Part shown: positions 32,398-48,138 of the stretch, piece by piece
Numbering within the stretch: position 1 is the first letter of the stretch
Layout of the letters: the number at the start of each line of letters is the position of its first letter
Assembly: GCF_009914755.1 (NCBI RefSeq)
Contig: NC_060944.1
Length of the DNA: 64,000 nucleotides
Reading direction: 5' to 3' (one strand)
Source of the DNA: the human T2T-CHM13v2.0 reference genome, Homo sapiens
Program-made: the position numbers and the translations under genes
Notes under the pieces: model-generated
What the model was told of the DNA's origin: nothing
What the model saw: only the letters and a program-made list of their open reading frames with translations
Databases searched by the model: none

Positions 32398-32734
32398 AGC
32401 CAGGGATCAAAATTGCAGTATCAAAATTAGCAGATGCTTAAGTCCCTTATGTAAAATGCTGTAGTATTTGCATATAACCTAGGTACATCCTCCAGTATAC
32501 TTTAAATCATCTCAAGATTACTTATACAATGTAAAGTTAGCTAGTACAATGTAAATGCTATGTAAATAGCTGCTATACTGCATTATTGCATGGTTTTAAA
32601 ATTTGTATTATTTTTAAATAATACAAATTTTGGTTTTTTCCTGAATATTTTTGTTGTTTTTTTCCTGAATATTTTTGGTCTCTGGTTGGTTGAACCTGCG
32701 GATGCACAACCCATGGACATGGAATGCAGATTGT
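32398..32734. mobile_element. MER2 (TcMar-Tigger MITE), partial
   Basis: GATGCTTAAGTCCCTTATGTAAAATG..TTTGCATATAACCTA..GGTTGAACCTGCGGATGCACAACCCATGGA. Confidence 0.8.
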
Positions 32735-32770
32735 ACAGGATTCAGCTCCCATTGAGAGACAGAACGTATT

Positions 32771-32958
32771 TCCCAAAGTGGTGGAACTACAGATTCAATT
32801 TCTAAGTGTATGACTTCAAGCTCCTGGCATTCTCCTGGTTTTTCCTCTCTCTCCTGTTCTCTCTCCCCCTCTCCTATTCCCTTTTCCTCCCCTCTGATAT
32901 TTCTTTTCTCCTTGGAAGAGTTAAATCTATTATCTCAAAGAGTTCTTAGTATTCTGCA
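32771..32958 (+). repeat. Copy 1 of a local inverted duplication (partner 37092-37286)
   Basis: CTCCTTGGAAGAGTTAAATCTATTATCTCAAAGAGTTCTTAGTATTCTGCA aligns to the reverse complement of 37092-37141; similarity extends about 190 bp. Confidence 0.9.
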
Positions 32959-32981
32959 ACTACTGAGCTCTTCCAGCGAAT

Positions 32982-33389
32982 CTGCTATAGGGAGTGCAGT
33001 TGATGAACAGCCCCAGCTGCCAAACCTCCAGATCCATTGTCATAAACACTGAGGCCACCCTTTCCCCAGGCTGCTCCTAGCCAATGACAGAGCACAGCAG
33101 GGATGTTAGAACCTGCATGTTCCTGTCAATATTCATGTATTGGCCAACCTTTGCTGGGGACTCCTTGCTGCACTGGCTGAGACTTTCTCAGAACTACAGT
33201 CTAAAGCTCTTCAAATCCAACTCTTCCTCCTTCCCATTTGCTGTTCTTAGGCTCCCAACTGCCTTGTTGTTTGAAGGCTCTCTCTGCCCTCTCCTGTCCC
33301 CCATCTCCTTAATCTTGCACAGAATATTTTCCCGTCAATCTCCTGCATGTCTAATCTAATATTGTTTCACAGAAGACCTAAACTATACA
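32982..33389 (+). mobile_element. ERVL solo LTR (LTR16/LTR33-group)
   Basis: CAGCCCCAGCTGC..CTAGCCAATGACAGAGCACAGCAGGGAT..; end TGCATGTCTAATC..AGAAGACCTAAACTATACA. Confidence 0.6.
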
Positions 33390-33550
33390 GAACAATAAAA
33401 CACCTTAAGCAGAGGAAACAAAATTCAGTCTAACATAGATCCATCTGGACTACCACTAAGAGCAGCTTAGTTTCTCCAGATCTAAAAAGCACCTTATTAT
33501 GCCGGATCCAGTCTCTTGTATGGACTTGAGAACTTAAAAGTAGATCAGCC

Positions 33551-33828
33551 AGTCCGGCACTGTGGCTCACGCCTGTAATCCCCGCACTTTGGGAGGCCAA
33601 GGCGGGAGGATCACGAGGTCAGGAGATCGAGACCATCCTGGCCAACATGGTGAAACCCTGGCTCTGCTAAGAATACAAAAATTAGCTGGACGTGGTGGCA
33701 TATGCCTGTAATCCTAGCTACTTGGGAGGCTGAGGCAGAAGAATCACTTGAACCAGGGAGTCAGAGGTTGCGGTGAGCCAGCATCGTGCCACTGCACTCC
33801 AGCCTGGTGACAGAGAGAGACTCTGCCT

Positions 33829-33861
<33 letters not shown>
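33551..33861 (+). mobile_element. AluSc (Sc5-like)
   Basis: GGATCACGAGGTCAGGAGATCGAGACCATCCTGGCC and GAACCAGGGAGTCAGAGG motifs; 32-nt pure A tail; TSD GTAGATCAGCC. Confidence 0.93.
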
Positions 33862-33863
<2 letters not shown>

Positions 33864-34359
33864 TAGATCAGCCAACAAGATGGTCTCTAAGTTGAAGGCA
33901 CCTCTAATTGGGATCCTGAGATCACCTCTCGTAGGTAAATATTTACAAACTGAAGGTCAAACACAAATGTCTACTTTACAACTACTATACTGCATTCATA
34001 ATTTCTCTCCTCATTTTATACTCTGATGAAATACCAACTTGGTCATTTCTGTGCATTGTCAAGAGGGTCGAAGTCGAAGCAGAAGCAAGCAGCTGGCTGG
34101 CTTAGCTTATGGTTCCTCTGGCACAGGAAAGTGGTGAGAGTCATTATTCTTATTATCCAGGAGTTAACGGATTTTTGCATGACTGGGCTGAGTGTATGTT
34201 TATTTTCTGGCCCTTGATAATTACTGTATTCCCATTTTCAATATGAATTTGTTTCTATCCAATGGATCGTCAACAGTAGCCACTGTAATTCTTTTTGAGG
34301 GGCTATATATGCACCATTATTTTTCAAACTTGGCTCTGTGTGGAGATCTTAACAGAATG

Positions 34360-34890
34360 TAGATACTCCAGTTGTTCCACATGCTTGTCAACCCTTAGCA
34401 TGGTCTATATTTTCCATTTTAGTCATTCACTTCATTTAGTCATTTTAGTCATTCCAGCTTCAGTCATTTGAGCCATGTCCAGTGTGTTCACATTGTGGTT
34501 CTAATTTGCATTTCCCTGTGGTATACTGAGGTTGACAATCTTTTCATGTGCTTATTGGCCATTTGGGTGTCCTCTTTTGTGATGTACCAGTTTGAATCTC
34601 TTGGCCATCTTCCTAATGGGTTGTCTGTCCTTATTGGTTTGTGGGTATTTTAATATATTCTGGCAAGTCATTTGTCATATAAATGCACTGCGATATCCAC
34701 TCCCACTTTGTAGCTTGCCTTTTTATTCTCATAATGCTTTTCAATAAACAGAAATTCTTAATTTTAGTGTAGTACAGTTTGTACAGTTTTTCCTTAACAC
34801 TTACTGTTGTTTGTGTCCTGTTAAGAAAACTTTGTCTATCTCAAAATCATGAGGATATCAAACTCTACAATTAATTTGTTGTGTACTGTT
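34360..34890 (-). mobile_element. Ancient L1M (L1ME-like) ORF2 fragment
   Basis: ATTGTGGTTCTAATTTGCATTTCCCTG..TTTTCATGTGCTTATTGGCCATTTGG. Confidence 0.7.
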
Positions 34891-35364
34891 CTCTTTCTCT
34901 CTGCATGTGTATACATACACATACACACCCTCTCTCTGTGTACATATATATGTATACATAAAATATGGGGGCAAAAATTTTACATAAAGTCAGGCTGACA
35001 TGGGTTCAAATTCTGGCTCTTCACAATAACCCTATAAGGCAAATACTATTCCCGTTTTACAGCTGAAAAACCTGAAGTCAGGAGGTCAGGCTAAGTTAAT
35101 ATGTCTATGGTCTTATAGCTAGTGGGTGGGAGATGAGAATGAATCCAGTCTGGCTGAAGAGTCCATACTTCTGGCCTCCGTCATAGCCTGGGCTTCCCAA
35201 AGCTTGTGCTTTTGTTCCTTATTGGCAACAGGCCATCAACTGCATTCGTTACGTAAGGTTATTATGAGGAGTAAGGGAGTTATTAAAAGTGTCTAGCATG
35301 GTTCCTAGGACATAGTAGGTACTCAAATATTTTTCCCTTTCTGTTACTATTAACACTTTCTTTA

Positions 35365-35681
<317 letters not shown>

Positions 35682-36309
35682 TTACAAGAGACCAAAGGCT
35701 GATGTCTCTTCTTCTTTCTTTGCGTTTGGAGCAGAGTAATTGAGTCTTTGTAATGACTTAACTAACACTGAGAAACTCCAGACAGATCCTGAAGTTAACA
35801 AAACATGAATCTATTATCTACTTAAAATGACTGCAATAAAGGCTTCTTGATCTATAACTCTAGTTTTGCATGAAGATCAACAAGCTTTCACATGGTAGGT
35901 GGAGTAAATGTGAAGGTGAACAGTGTCAGATGTGAAAGATACAGTGGGATTCTTGCCATACGCTCTTCAGTCTTAAACCTTCTGCAGGTGATCCAACTAC
36001 ACCCCAGGAATTAAGAAGCAGATTATAAACCTCAGGCCTTTAAAGGGCAAAAAGGTCTGAATTAGTCCAAAAGTTCAGGGCAAAACTCTAAATGACTTTT
36101 AGTTACAACGGAAACCCACTTGGAAAGTTGCTTTTCTTCTCCAATAGCTTCCCAAGAAAGGGTACATGGAGGTAAACCCTGAGTCTTTGCTTGCCTAAAA
36201 ATGTATTATTTTTACCTTCACCCTTGATTATTTGACTGAATATGGATTTATCGGTTGAAAATAACTTCCTTTCTAGAATTATAAAGGCATGGTTCCATTG
36301 TTTTCAGAT

Positions 36310-36583
36310 TCTTTTTCGAGACAAGGTCTCTTCTGTCACCCAGGCTGGAGTGCAGTGGCACAGTCACGACTCACTGCAGCCTTGAACTCGCAGGCTCAAT
36401 TGATCCTTCCATCTCACCCCCCTGAGTAGATGGGACTACAGGCATGTACCACAATGCCCAGCCAATTTCTGTATTCTTTGTAGAGATGGGGCCTCACCAT
36501 GTTGCCCAAGCTGGTCTCAAGTGATCCGCCTGCCTTGGTCTCCCAAAGTGCTGAGACTACAGGTGTGAGCCACTGTGCCCGGC
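36310..36583 (-). mobile_element. AluJ with small internal deletion
   Basis: Antisense dimer; CTGGTCTC-AAGTGATCC deletion relative to consensus. Confidence 0.9.
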
Positions 36584-36874
36584 CAGTTTTTCTTTTATTC
36601 TCTGTCTGCTTCCTTCATTTCTCAAAGGCATCTCAAACTCAGTGGGCCCAAAACCAAAGTCAAGCTCCATCAGAACATCCTGCTACTTCCAACTTTAAAA
36701 TATATCTTAAATCACAATTTCTTGCTACATGCAACCCTTTGGTTCAAACTACCATCATCCCTCGCTTGAACTTAGAATTGATTTTCCTGCTTCAGTATTT
36801 TTTTAAATGATGAAATATTTCAAATAAACCATGTGTGGCTTTATACTTTTTATTACATAAAAAGGATGAAAATC

Positions 36875-37070
36875 TGCCGGGTGCACTGGCTCGCACTTGT
36901 AATCCCAGCACCCATCCCAGGCCGAGGTGGATGGATCACTTGAGGTAAGGAGTTTGAGACCAGCCTGACCAACATGGTGAAATCCTGTCTTCACTAAAAA
37001 CACAAAACTAGCCGGATGTGATGGTGCATGCCTGAAGTCCCAGCCACTTGGGAGCCTGAGGCAGGAAAAT
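36875..37070 (+). mobile_element. AluS lacking its 3' end and poly(A)
   Basis: Left arm, linker and start of right arm end abruptly at GAGGCAGGAAAAT. Confidence 0.88.
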
Positions 37071-37091
37071 GTGCTAATACTAAGAAAAAAC

Positions 37092-37286
37092 TGCAAAGTA
37101 CTAAGAACTCTTTGAGACGATAGATTTAACTCTTCAAGGAGAAAGGAAGTAGCAAGGAGGGAGGAAAAGAGAGGAGGATAAGAAGAGGGAGAGAGAGAGC
37201 AGGAGAAGGAGGACAAACCAGGAGAATGTCAGGAGTTTGAAGTCAGACACCAGGGAGTTGAATTTCTAGTTCCACCACGTTTGAGA
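37092..37286 (-). repeat. Copy 2 of the local inverted duplication (partner 32771-32958); distal part overlaps a MIR
   Basis: TGCAAAGTACTAAGAACTCTTTGAGACGATAGATTTAACTCTTCAAGGAG..TAGTTCCACCAC. Confidence 0.9.
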
Positions 37287-37440
37287 GCTTACTGCTATTA
37301 GGAAGATAGTCAAATTTTCTAAGCTTGGATTTCTCCATTTGTAAAATGAGTGTAGCAATTTTGTTCACTTGGTCTTGGTGAAGAGTCAATTAGGTGACAT
37401 GCATAGAAGATCCAGCACATTCTGCATGGAGCACTCAGGA
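37225..37440 (+). mobile_element. MIR
   Basis: TTTGAAGTCAGAC..TTGAATTTCTAGTTCCACCAC..TTTCTCCATTTGTAAAATGAG. Confidence 0.65.
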
Positions 37441-38026
37441 AGGAGTGCTTCCCTAGTTTTCCTCATGCACCACCTCTTTTTCTTTCTTCATGACAATAGC
37501 GCCTGTGAATTATAGCCACTGGCTAGAGACAGTAGGCACAGATTTAATATGGATAAATGTGCCATACAGATGTACGTCTGCAGTCTTTGCCTTATTTGCA
37601 CTTAAGTTGAGGGACTGCTTTGTCATTTTCAGTTAGGGTGGTCTTTGGGAAGCCACTCAACAGCCCTGAGACAGACATCTGATTTGTAAAATAAGGGTGC
37701 TCTTTTCTGGTTTTCCCACTTCATGCACTTTTGCAGGAGTGAAATGCAATAGCACACAAAGGTGCTTTAAACAGCAGAATCAATTGAGCAATCAGGGCTC
37801 CATGTCTTCTTCTTACTAAGCATTTCTCAAGTATGTTATTGATTGAATGCTTCCTCATAAGAGCATATATACTGATAAGTTTTTCTTACAACAAAATCAC
37901 AAAAAATTACTATTTTACTGCACATTTGACAAATCACCACACACTTACTATAATTGATACATCTTCTGAAATAGACAGTCAACTCAGCTAAGAGTATGTG
38001 GTATGTGTATATAAAAACAACTAAAA

Positions 38027-42151
<4,125 letters not shown>

Positions 42152-42911
42152 CCAGCAAAAGGAAAAGAACAATTAAAATAAAAGCATTCCAAAAATTGAG
42201 TCAAATTTCTTTACTGAATTTCTGAAAGTGGAATGGAGAAAAGCAGTTAATGCAATATGCTATTTTGTTCATTCAATGATTTACAACTTGTCACATGAAT
42301 GCAGCCAAAATACTTAAAAAAAAAAAACACATAAGGAAAAAACAAAAAAAAAGTGAAAAGCAAAAATAAGTAAACCTCCCAGCTTCAGACTGGACTGTCC
42401 TCTAGGGTGCTAACACAGTAAGACTGGATACCTCCTTAGACCAGTGCACAGCATGGTCAAATGCACTGAATCCCATCCACAAAGACAGCCTCATTAACTA
42501 TTCAGAAAATTGCTATTTTGTGCTTCTAATCTCTGTTAAGACACTGACAAGAAGTCATTCTAGTCATGTGTTACAGACATGGAGATACAAAGCTCAGATT
42601 CGCCTTCAAGGAAGGACTTGTGGCCCAGATGCAGGGGTGTGGCTATCAGGTGCCTCCAGGGTGTGTCTCAGCTGCAGAGATCATCCTTCCTAGGGTAGCG
42701 TGCATCTGGTGGCTGAGTGAAATGGAGAATAAAAGTCTTGCAGTTCCCCCTGATGCTTGATGACTTGCGCAATACTCACTCTAGAGGTCCCTGTCATGAT
42801 GGCTAAGCTTTATCATGCCTGTGTCACCATTCAACAGTTTCTTCTGCCAGTCCTGCTTTCTCTCCCTTCCTTTCACAAGTTTTGATCCCCAATAACATCT
42901 ATTTAAAAAAC

Positions 42912-43038
42912 ATATATGTATATATATTCAGTGCATATATATATATATATTCAGTGCATATATATATATTCAGTGCATATATATATATATACACACACAC
43001 ACATGCACATATATATATATGTGCATGTGTGTGTGTGT
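42912..43038. repeat. Compound microsatellite in an Alu tail: three TTCAGTGCA(TA)n units plus a 48-bp perfect palindrome
   Basis: Read directly from the sequence. Confidence 0.95.
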
Positions 43039-43332
43039 TTTTAGAGACAGGGTCTCATTCCGTCCTCCATGTTGGAATGCAGTGGTACCATCAGGGCTCA
43101 CTGTGGCCTCAAACTCCTGGTTTATGTGATCCTTCTGCCTCAGGCTCCCAAGTAGTTGGGGCTACAGGTATATGCTACCATGCCTGGCTAATTTGTAAAT
43201 TTTTTTTTTTTTGTAGAAACAGAGGTCTCGTTATGTTGCCCAGACTGGTCTTGATCTCCTGGACTTAAAAGATCCCCAAGCCTTAGCCTTCCAAAGCACT
43301 GGGACTATTGGTATGAGCCACAGCATCCAGCC
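43039..43332 (-). mobile_element. AluJ
   Basis: Diverged antisense dimer; AATAACATCT on both sides (TSD). Confidence 0.88.
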
Positions 43333-43944
43333 CCTAATAACATCTTGAACCCAAAACTGTGTCTTTTTGCCTGCTATTAGAAACCCAACATGTCTCACAT
43401 GTTATTCTTCTAGGCAGGAGAAATAATTTCAACTATTATCGAACCGTGATACCCAATGCAGGATTTTGCTTTAGGTGCTAATGATGAAAGCCAGTAGTTA
43501 GGCCCAGGGGTTTCCAAAAGGAGTGCTCATCCTCAATTAGCATCACTACTAGAAATGGTCACAGGGGCTCCATGGAAGGGATGGGCTATCCCCATAGGCA
43601 AGAGAGGCAGATGAAACCAGCATCTGTTAAAGGGCCAGAGCCTCACACTTGTTTGGTTTGGGCTGAGACAAACAATGTTAAGTGATACCCTAATCCTCCA
43701 ATACACAGTTATTTTTAGCTCTCCAATATCTCCTTGTATTCACCTTCTGACATTGAGAATACTTGGGTGCAGATATATTAGGTATTTCACACTAATCACT
43801 ATTTAACAAGCTACCCAATATTCAGTAGAAGTTGGGATTGGGATGGAAGAGCCAGCCCTTCACCACTGAAAGCTTTGACTTCCCTGATAATTTTATTAAA
43901 ATAAAAGTTGGCAAATAAGTTTTAAAATGTAAATGAATGGTAAG

Positions 43945-44627
43945 TTGGGCAGACACAATTGGTTTTCTATCCAACAGCTATGCCTCCTCCCACATCTTTT
44001 TGCTAATACAACTCCAGTATGAGAGGAAAGTGGCTAGATGTAGGGGATTTTGATTTATCTAAACCTACTGTTCAATAGATAAACACATGTAGCCACTTAC
44101 ATTTCAATTAATGAAAAGTCAATAAAATTAAAATTAGAAATTTAGTGCTTAGTCACCTAGCCACTTCTTAAGTAATAGACACATGTGGCTGGTGGCTGCC
44201 ATATGGAACATGTAGATATGAAGTAGTTCTCTCATCATACAAACTTCTATTGCATAAGACTGGTCTGAACTAATCATGGTGCCTTTCTCTACTTTGTCAG
44301 CAGAATTTTTCCTAGCATAACCATGGTGCATCAAATTCTGGCTAATCGCATGTAAGAGAATGTAATGAGACAGAATTGTAGGAAAGGAAAGCCCTTTATT
44401 TTCTGCTTGAGAAGCTGTCAGGTAAGAACATGATGCATAAGGATCATGCTGACAAAGGGAGGATGTCAGTCTGGAAGTAAAAGAGTCTGGGTCCTTGACT
44501 GAGTCATTGAGGGGAAAGATTTGCCTACCTTTATTCCTCATTAACTAAAAACTTAATGTCCTTAAGATTTAAGCCTCAGTTCTTTGCGCTTTCTCTTACT
44601 TGCAGCTTAAAGCATTCCTAACTGATG
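43945..44627 (+). mobile_element. MaLR solo LTR, MLT1J/K-like, interrupted by MER3
   Basis: GAGTCTGGGTCCTTGA..TTTAAGCC..TACTTGCAGCTTAAAGCATTCCTAACTGAT. Confidence 0.65.
44066..44262. mobile_element. MER3-like hAT-Charlie MITE
   Basis: CTGTTCAATAGA..TTAGTCACCTAGCCAC..CACATGTGGCTGGTGGCTGCCATAT..TTCTATTG. Confidence 0.7.
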
Positions 44628-46451
44628 TTTAAGAAGTTTGGAAAAGAAGACTAGAAGAGAAAAACTTACTCATTGTCCTTCTTCTTTTTTTTGCCCTATA
44701 CCCAAAATAAAAATTTTCCTTTCTATGTACAAATTTGCACATAGCTATGACCAAATGGTGTATGTACAACTGTCTTTGTTGTTTTTAAATCTATCTTTTA
44801 TCTTAAAATTAAATCATGTGTTCATTGCAGAAAAACTGAAGAATATAGAAAATGGTAAGGGAGAAAATAAAATCACTCAGATACCTACCAAGAGAGAACA
44901 AATGTTAACATACTAAGGTTTCTTTTTGTAATTTTTCATAAATTTGATGTCCTTTATACATTGACTTTTTAAAATGATCAGCACAGGGTTCTATTCCTAT
45001 TTTAAATGGAAGAAGGTGACAGATAATACTACCATCACGTGAATTATTAGTCTTACTGCCAACTAAAAAACCAAGTAAGGATGGATTTTAGAGGTGCAAA
45101 AAATTATGACTCACTTCTTTTATAATGAGAATGAACACCAGATTACTTATGAAACTCTGAAAAACCCTACTGAAAACATACTGGTTTAGACTCAGAACAA
45201 TTTTAGGAAGCTTACAAATATTTTTTACCATTACCACAATTCTGAACAAGAGAGTATCCTGTTTTGCCTACAGCTGCTTTGTAATTAAGCTTTTCTTTTT
45301 CTTAAGGTTATGTTCTTATTGTAGTTTATATGCTTTATTGAAAACATCAGAACCAACCAACACTTTGCAGGAAGTTACATGGACATACTCTCCCAATTTA
45401 GATTTTTCTTTTAAAATAAACAGCAGGACTGTGTCTGCTTTGTTCATCACTGTAGTCCCAGGGCTTGCCTCGCACGTGAACTGGAATACAGCAGGCCCTT
45501 ACCAGTGACCCGTCTGGCAGTGGGAGCACTGAGGGAGAGCGGGCAAAGCTTCATTTCAGTGGGGAAAGAGTTTGAGGAGAATTTCATTTATTTATTTTCT
45601 TCAAAACATTAAAGGGAAGAACTAAAAACAAAAACCAGCAAACAAAATAATATTTGTGAAAAGTGATTTTCAAAAATTTCCAAACTGCTGTGGGGTGATG
45701 AGTGACACACATTTCCATAAAGTTTCTCATTCTATCTGTGTCTTTCAGTGTGAACAAAAAATTTCTTTCTAACATGTGAAGATTTTACTCACTTCACTAC
45801 TACCTCCTTTAGTGGTTGGAAGTCATTTGAATTTTTCTTTACTTTTCTAGCAAGAATTCTTTGTTTTGTGCTATGACTCACGTGAATAATAGCTCCTGGC
45901 TTAATCTGAAGCTCTGTGTTGTCTCTGCCAGCATGAGACAGGAAGACCTTCTCCACTTTTGCCCAGTAATTTTCATTCTCCCCCCACAGGGCTCCACTTA
46001 AGCGAGAGTCCACTGGAGGATGACATGCTGACATGGTCACAGCCAGTAGAATTCTAGAGGGAAAGCATTTGGAGCCTATGCCATTTGAAAAACAATAGTT
46101 CCATTTGAGAAACAAAAGAAACACAGTTTTTAGCATTTTGGAAGAATGAAAATGTTTGAAGTGGTTCCAAGGGCTCCTGGGCCCAGGGGAGTCTTACATG
46201 AAGACACATCTCTTAATATTGAGCCCTCCTGCAACTCTGGGACATAGCTCTCCAGTCTGGGATCAGTTTCTGCTCTGTCTGGCAACAGCCTACCAAGTCT
46301 CATCCACCAGTTTTTCCTGAGGACAAGGAGCCTCTTAAATCTGAACTATGGTGAAGTGTTTTAGTTTGAGATCCCGGGAAATAGACTCTGAGACAAAGAA
46401 CTGTGAGTAGGAGGTTTCATGGAGAGTGCTCTCAGGATCCACACCTGCGAA

Positions 46452-46456
46452 ATAAC

Positions 46457-46502
<46 letters not shown>
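46452..46502. repeat. (AAT)n microsatellite, about 14 pure units
   Basis: Read directly from the sequence. Confidence 0.97.
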
Positions 46503-46580
46503 GTGAAGGCCTGGACTGGGTAGAGGAAGAAACTGATCCAAAACAAACGTGCAATGAGGCCTCAGCCAATTCCTGGGGGG

Positions 46581-48138
46581 CAGATCTGGCTGTGTACAGC
46601 AGTTCCTGAATAATGTTGGTTCATTCGATGTTCTTTCCTTATAACGTTGATGAGAAAACAATTGATTTGCACCTGGGGCCACCATCTGTGTGTATTTGCA
46701 CAACCTCCCCATAGCTGCATGGGTTTTCTCTGAGTACTCTAGTTTGCTCTCTCATTCCAAAGTCATGCACATTAGGTTAATTGGCATGTCTACATGGACT
46801 CAGTGTGAGTGAATGTGAGCATGGGTGTGAGTGTGCTCTGCCATGAGAGATTGTCCTGTTCAGGGCTGGTTCCCACCTCACTCCGTGAGCTGCTGGGATG
46901 GGCTCTGGCCACCCATGACCATGAACTGGAAATAAGCAGGTAAAGAATTATCTTACTTGGTTTTATTAATCTTTCTTAAATGTATGTATAGTTCACATTT
47001 ATTTCAATGTTTAATATTAGAAATGTTTTGCCTTTATTTAGAAGTTTGGTATTTTGTGATCAGAAATCTGCCATAGGAACTTCATTATAGTTTATATCAA
47101 TTAGCCTATGGAAAAATTGTTTTTGTTATATGTCATTTTGCTTAAAGCTGCAGTTTCCAGGACTCTATCAACAACATTAAGTGAGGACTTTGTGTGATTT
47201 GCGGGGCCAAGTGCAAAATGAAATTGTAGGGTACCTTGTTCAAAATGCAAGAAAAAAGTGTCATTAGAGGTACAGAAACACACTTTTTTTTTCTATCTGT
47301 GGTGTCTCAAATTGTTATGGTGGTGTTATTTTCTTCTAAATGTCTTTTTAAGGAAAGAAAAATAAAAATTTAAATTATTAGCAACGATTTTTGCCATTCA
47401 TCTTTATATTATGCATTGCTAATTTTAAACACAAGTGTGTTTAATTAACTTGTATGGCGACTCACCAAAATATACATTTTGTATTTTATTACTCATGCGT
47501 GTATAGGTTTTTGTTCTAACAAGAAGAGTAAAAACACTGCACAAAACTAACTCAAATGATTTTATTTCACTTATTGATATGTGCATATTCTGCCAATGTT
47601 CTCTACCTTTGGCATACTGGTGACTAACAGAGAACTGAAAGGAAATGTAACTATCTGACCATGGTTGGCTCATCCAGTGAACTAATATGAATAAGAGAGG
47701 ACATGGTAGGTTTCCCTTGTTGTTCATGTTTTTTAGAATGCCGTTGCCTTCTTTCTGTGTTTGGAGTAAGTTCCGGTTTGGATGAAAAGGGTGGCTTCTA
47801 CAGGCTGTCAGCATTCATGCTTACTCAGCTGTAGATGAGATGCTGATTGGTAATTTGCTTTAAGTCTTGCTGAACTCCCACTCATCGTGGATCTACTGGA
47901 GTTCTGTGGCCATGGGGCATTGAGACAATAAAGGAGAGCACCTATGTTGTGCTATCTCTTCTGCTCACCTGCATGCTCCATTGTCCCCGTGGACTTTACC
48001 TACAAAATGCAAATTCAAAGATAAGATTGTTAAACATTTCAAGATGGTGACAGCAGAGCATGAAACCAAACCCAGGGTTCTTCTGAGTGTGGGATCTTGC
48101 GAGGTTCCTCAGATTGCGTGCCCATGAAGTTGGTCTTG
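46581..48138 (-). mobile_element. MER45B/C-like hAT-Tip100 DNA transposon, interrupted by MER6A
   Basis: ATTTGCGGGGCCAAGTGCAAAATGAAA near one end; TTTCAAGATGGTGACAGCAGAGCAT..GCCCATGAAGTTGGTCTTG at the other. Confidence 0.78.
46597..47192 (+). mobile_element. MER6A (TcMar-Tigger)
   Basis: TA|CAGCAGTTCCTGAATAATGTT..TTATAACGTTGATGAGAAAA..; end GCAGTTTCCAGGACTCTATCAACAACATTAAGTGAGGACTT; about 600 bp. Confidence 0.85.

Larger units (their letters stand above)
42610..43397 (+). mobile_element. ERVL solo LTR, LTR33-like, interrupted by AluJ
   Basis: CCTGCTTTCTCTCCCTTCCTTTCACAAG..CCCCAATAACATCT [Alu] CCTAATAACATCTTGAACCCAAAACT..AAACCCAAC. Confidence 0.65.

Noticed and set aside
46335-46712. Poly-Tyr, poly-Ile and poly-Asn ORFs
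   Set aside because: Translations of the (AAT)n microsatellite.
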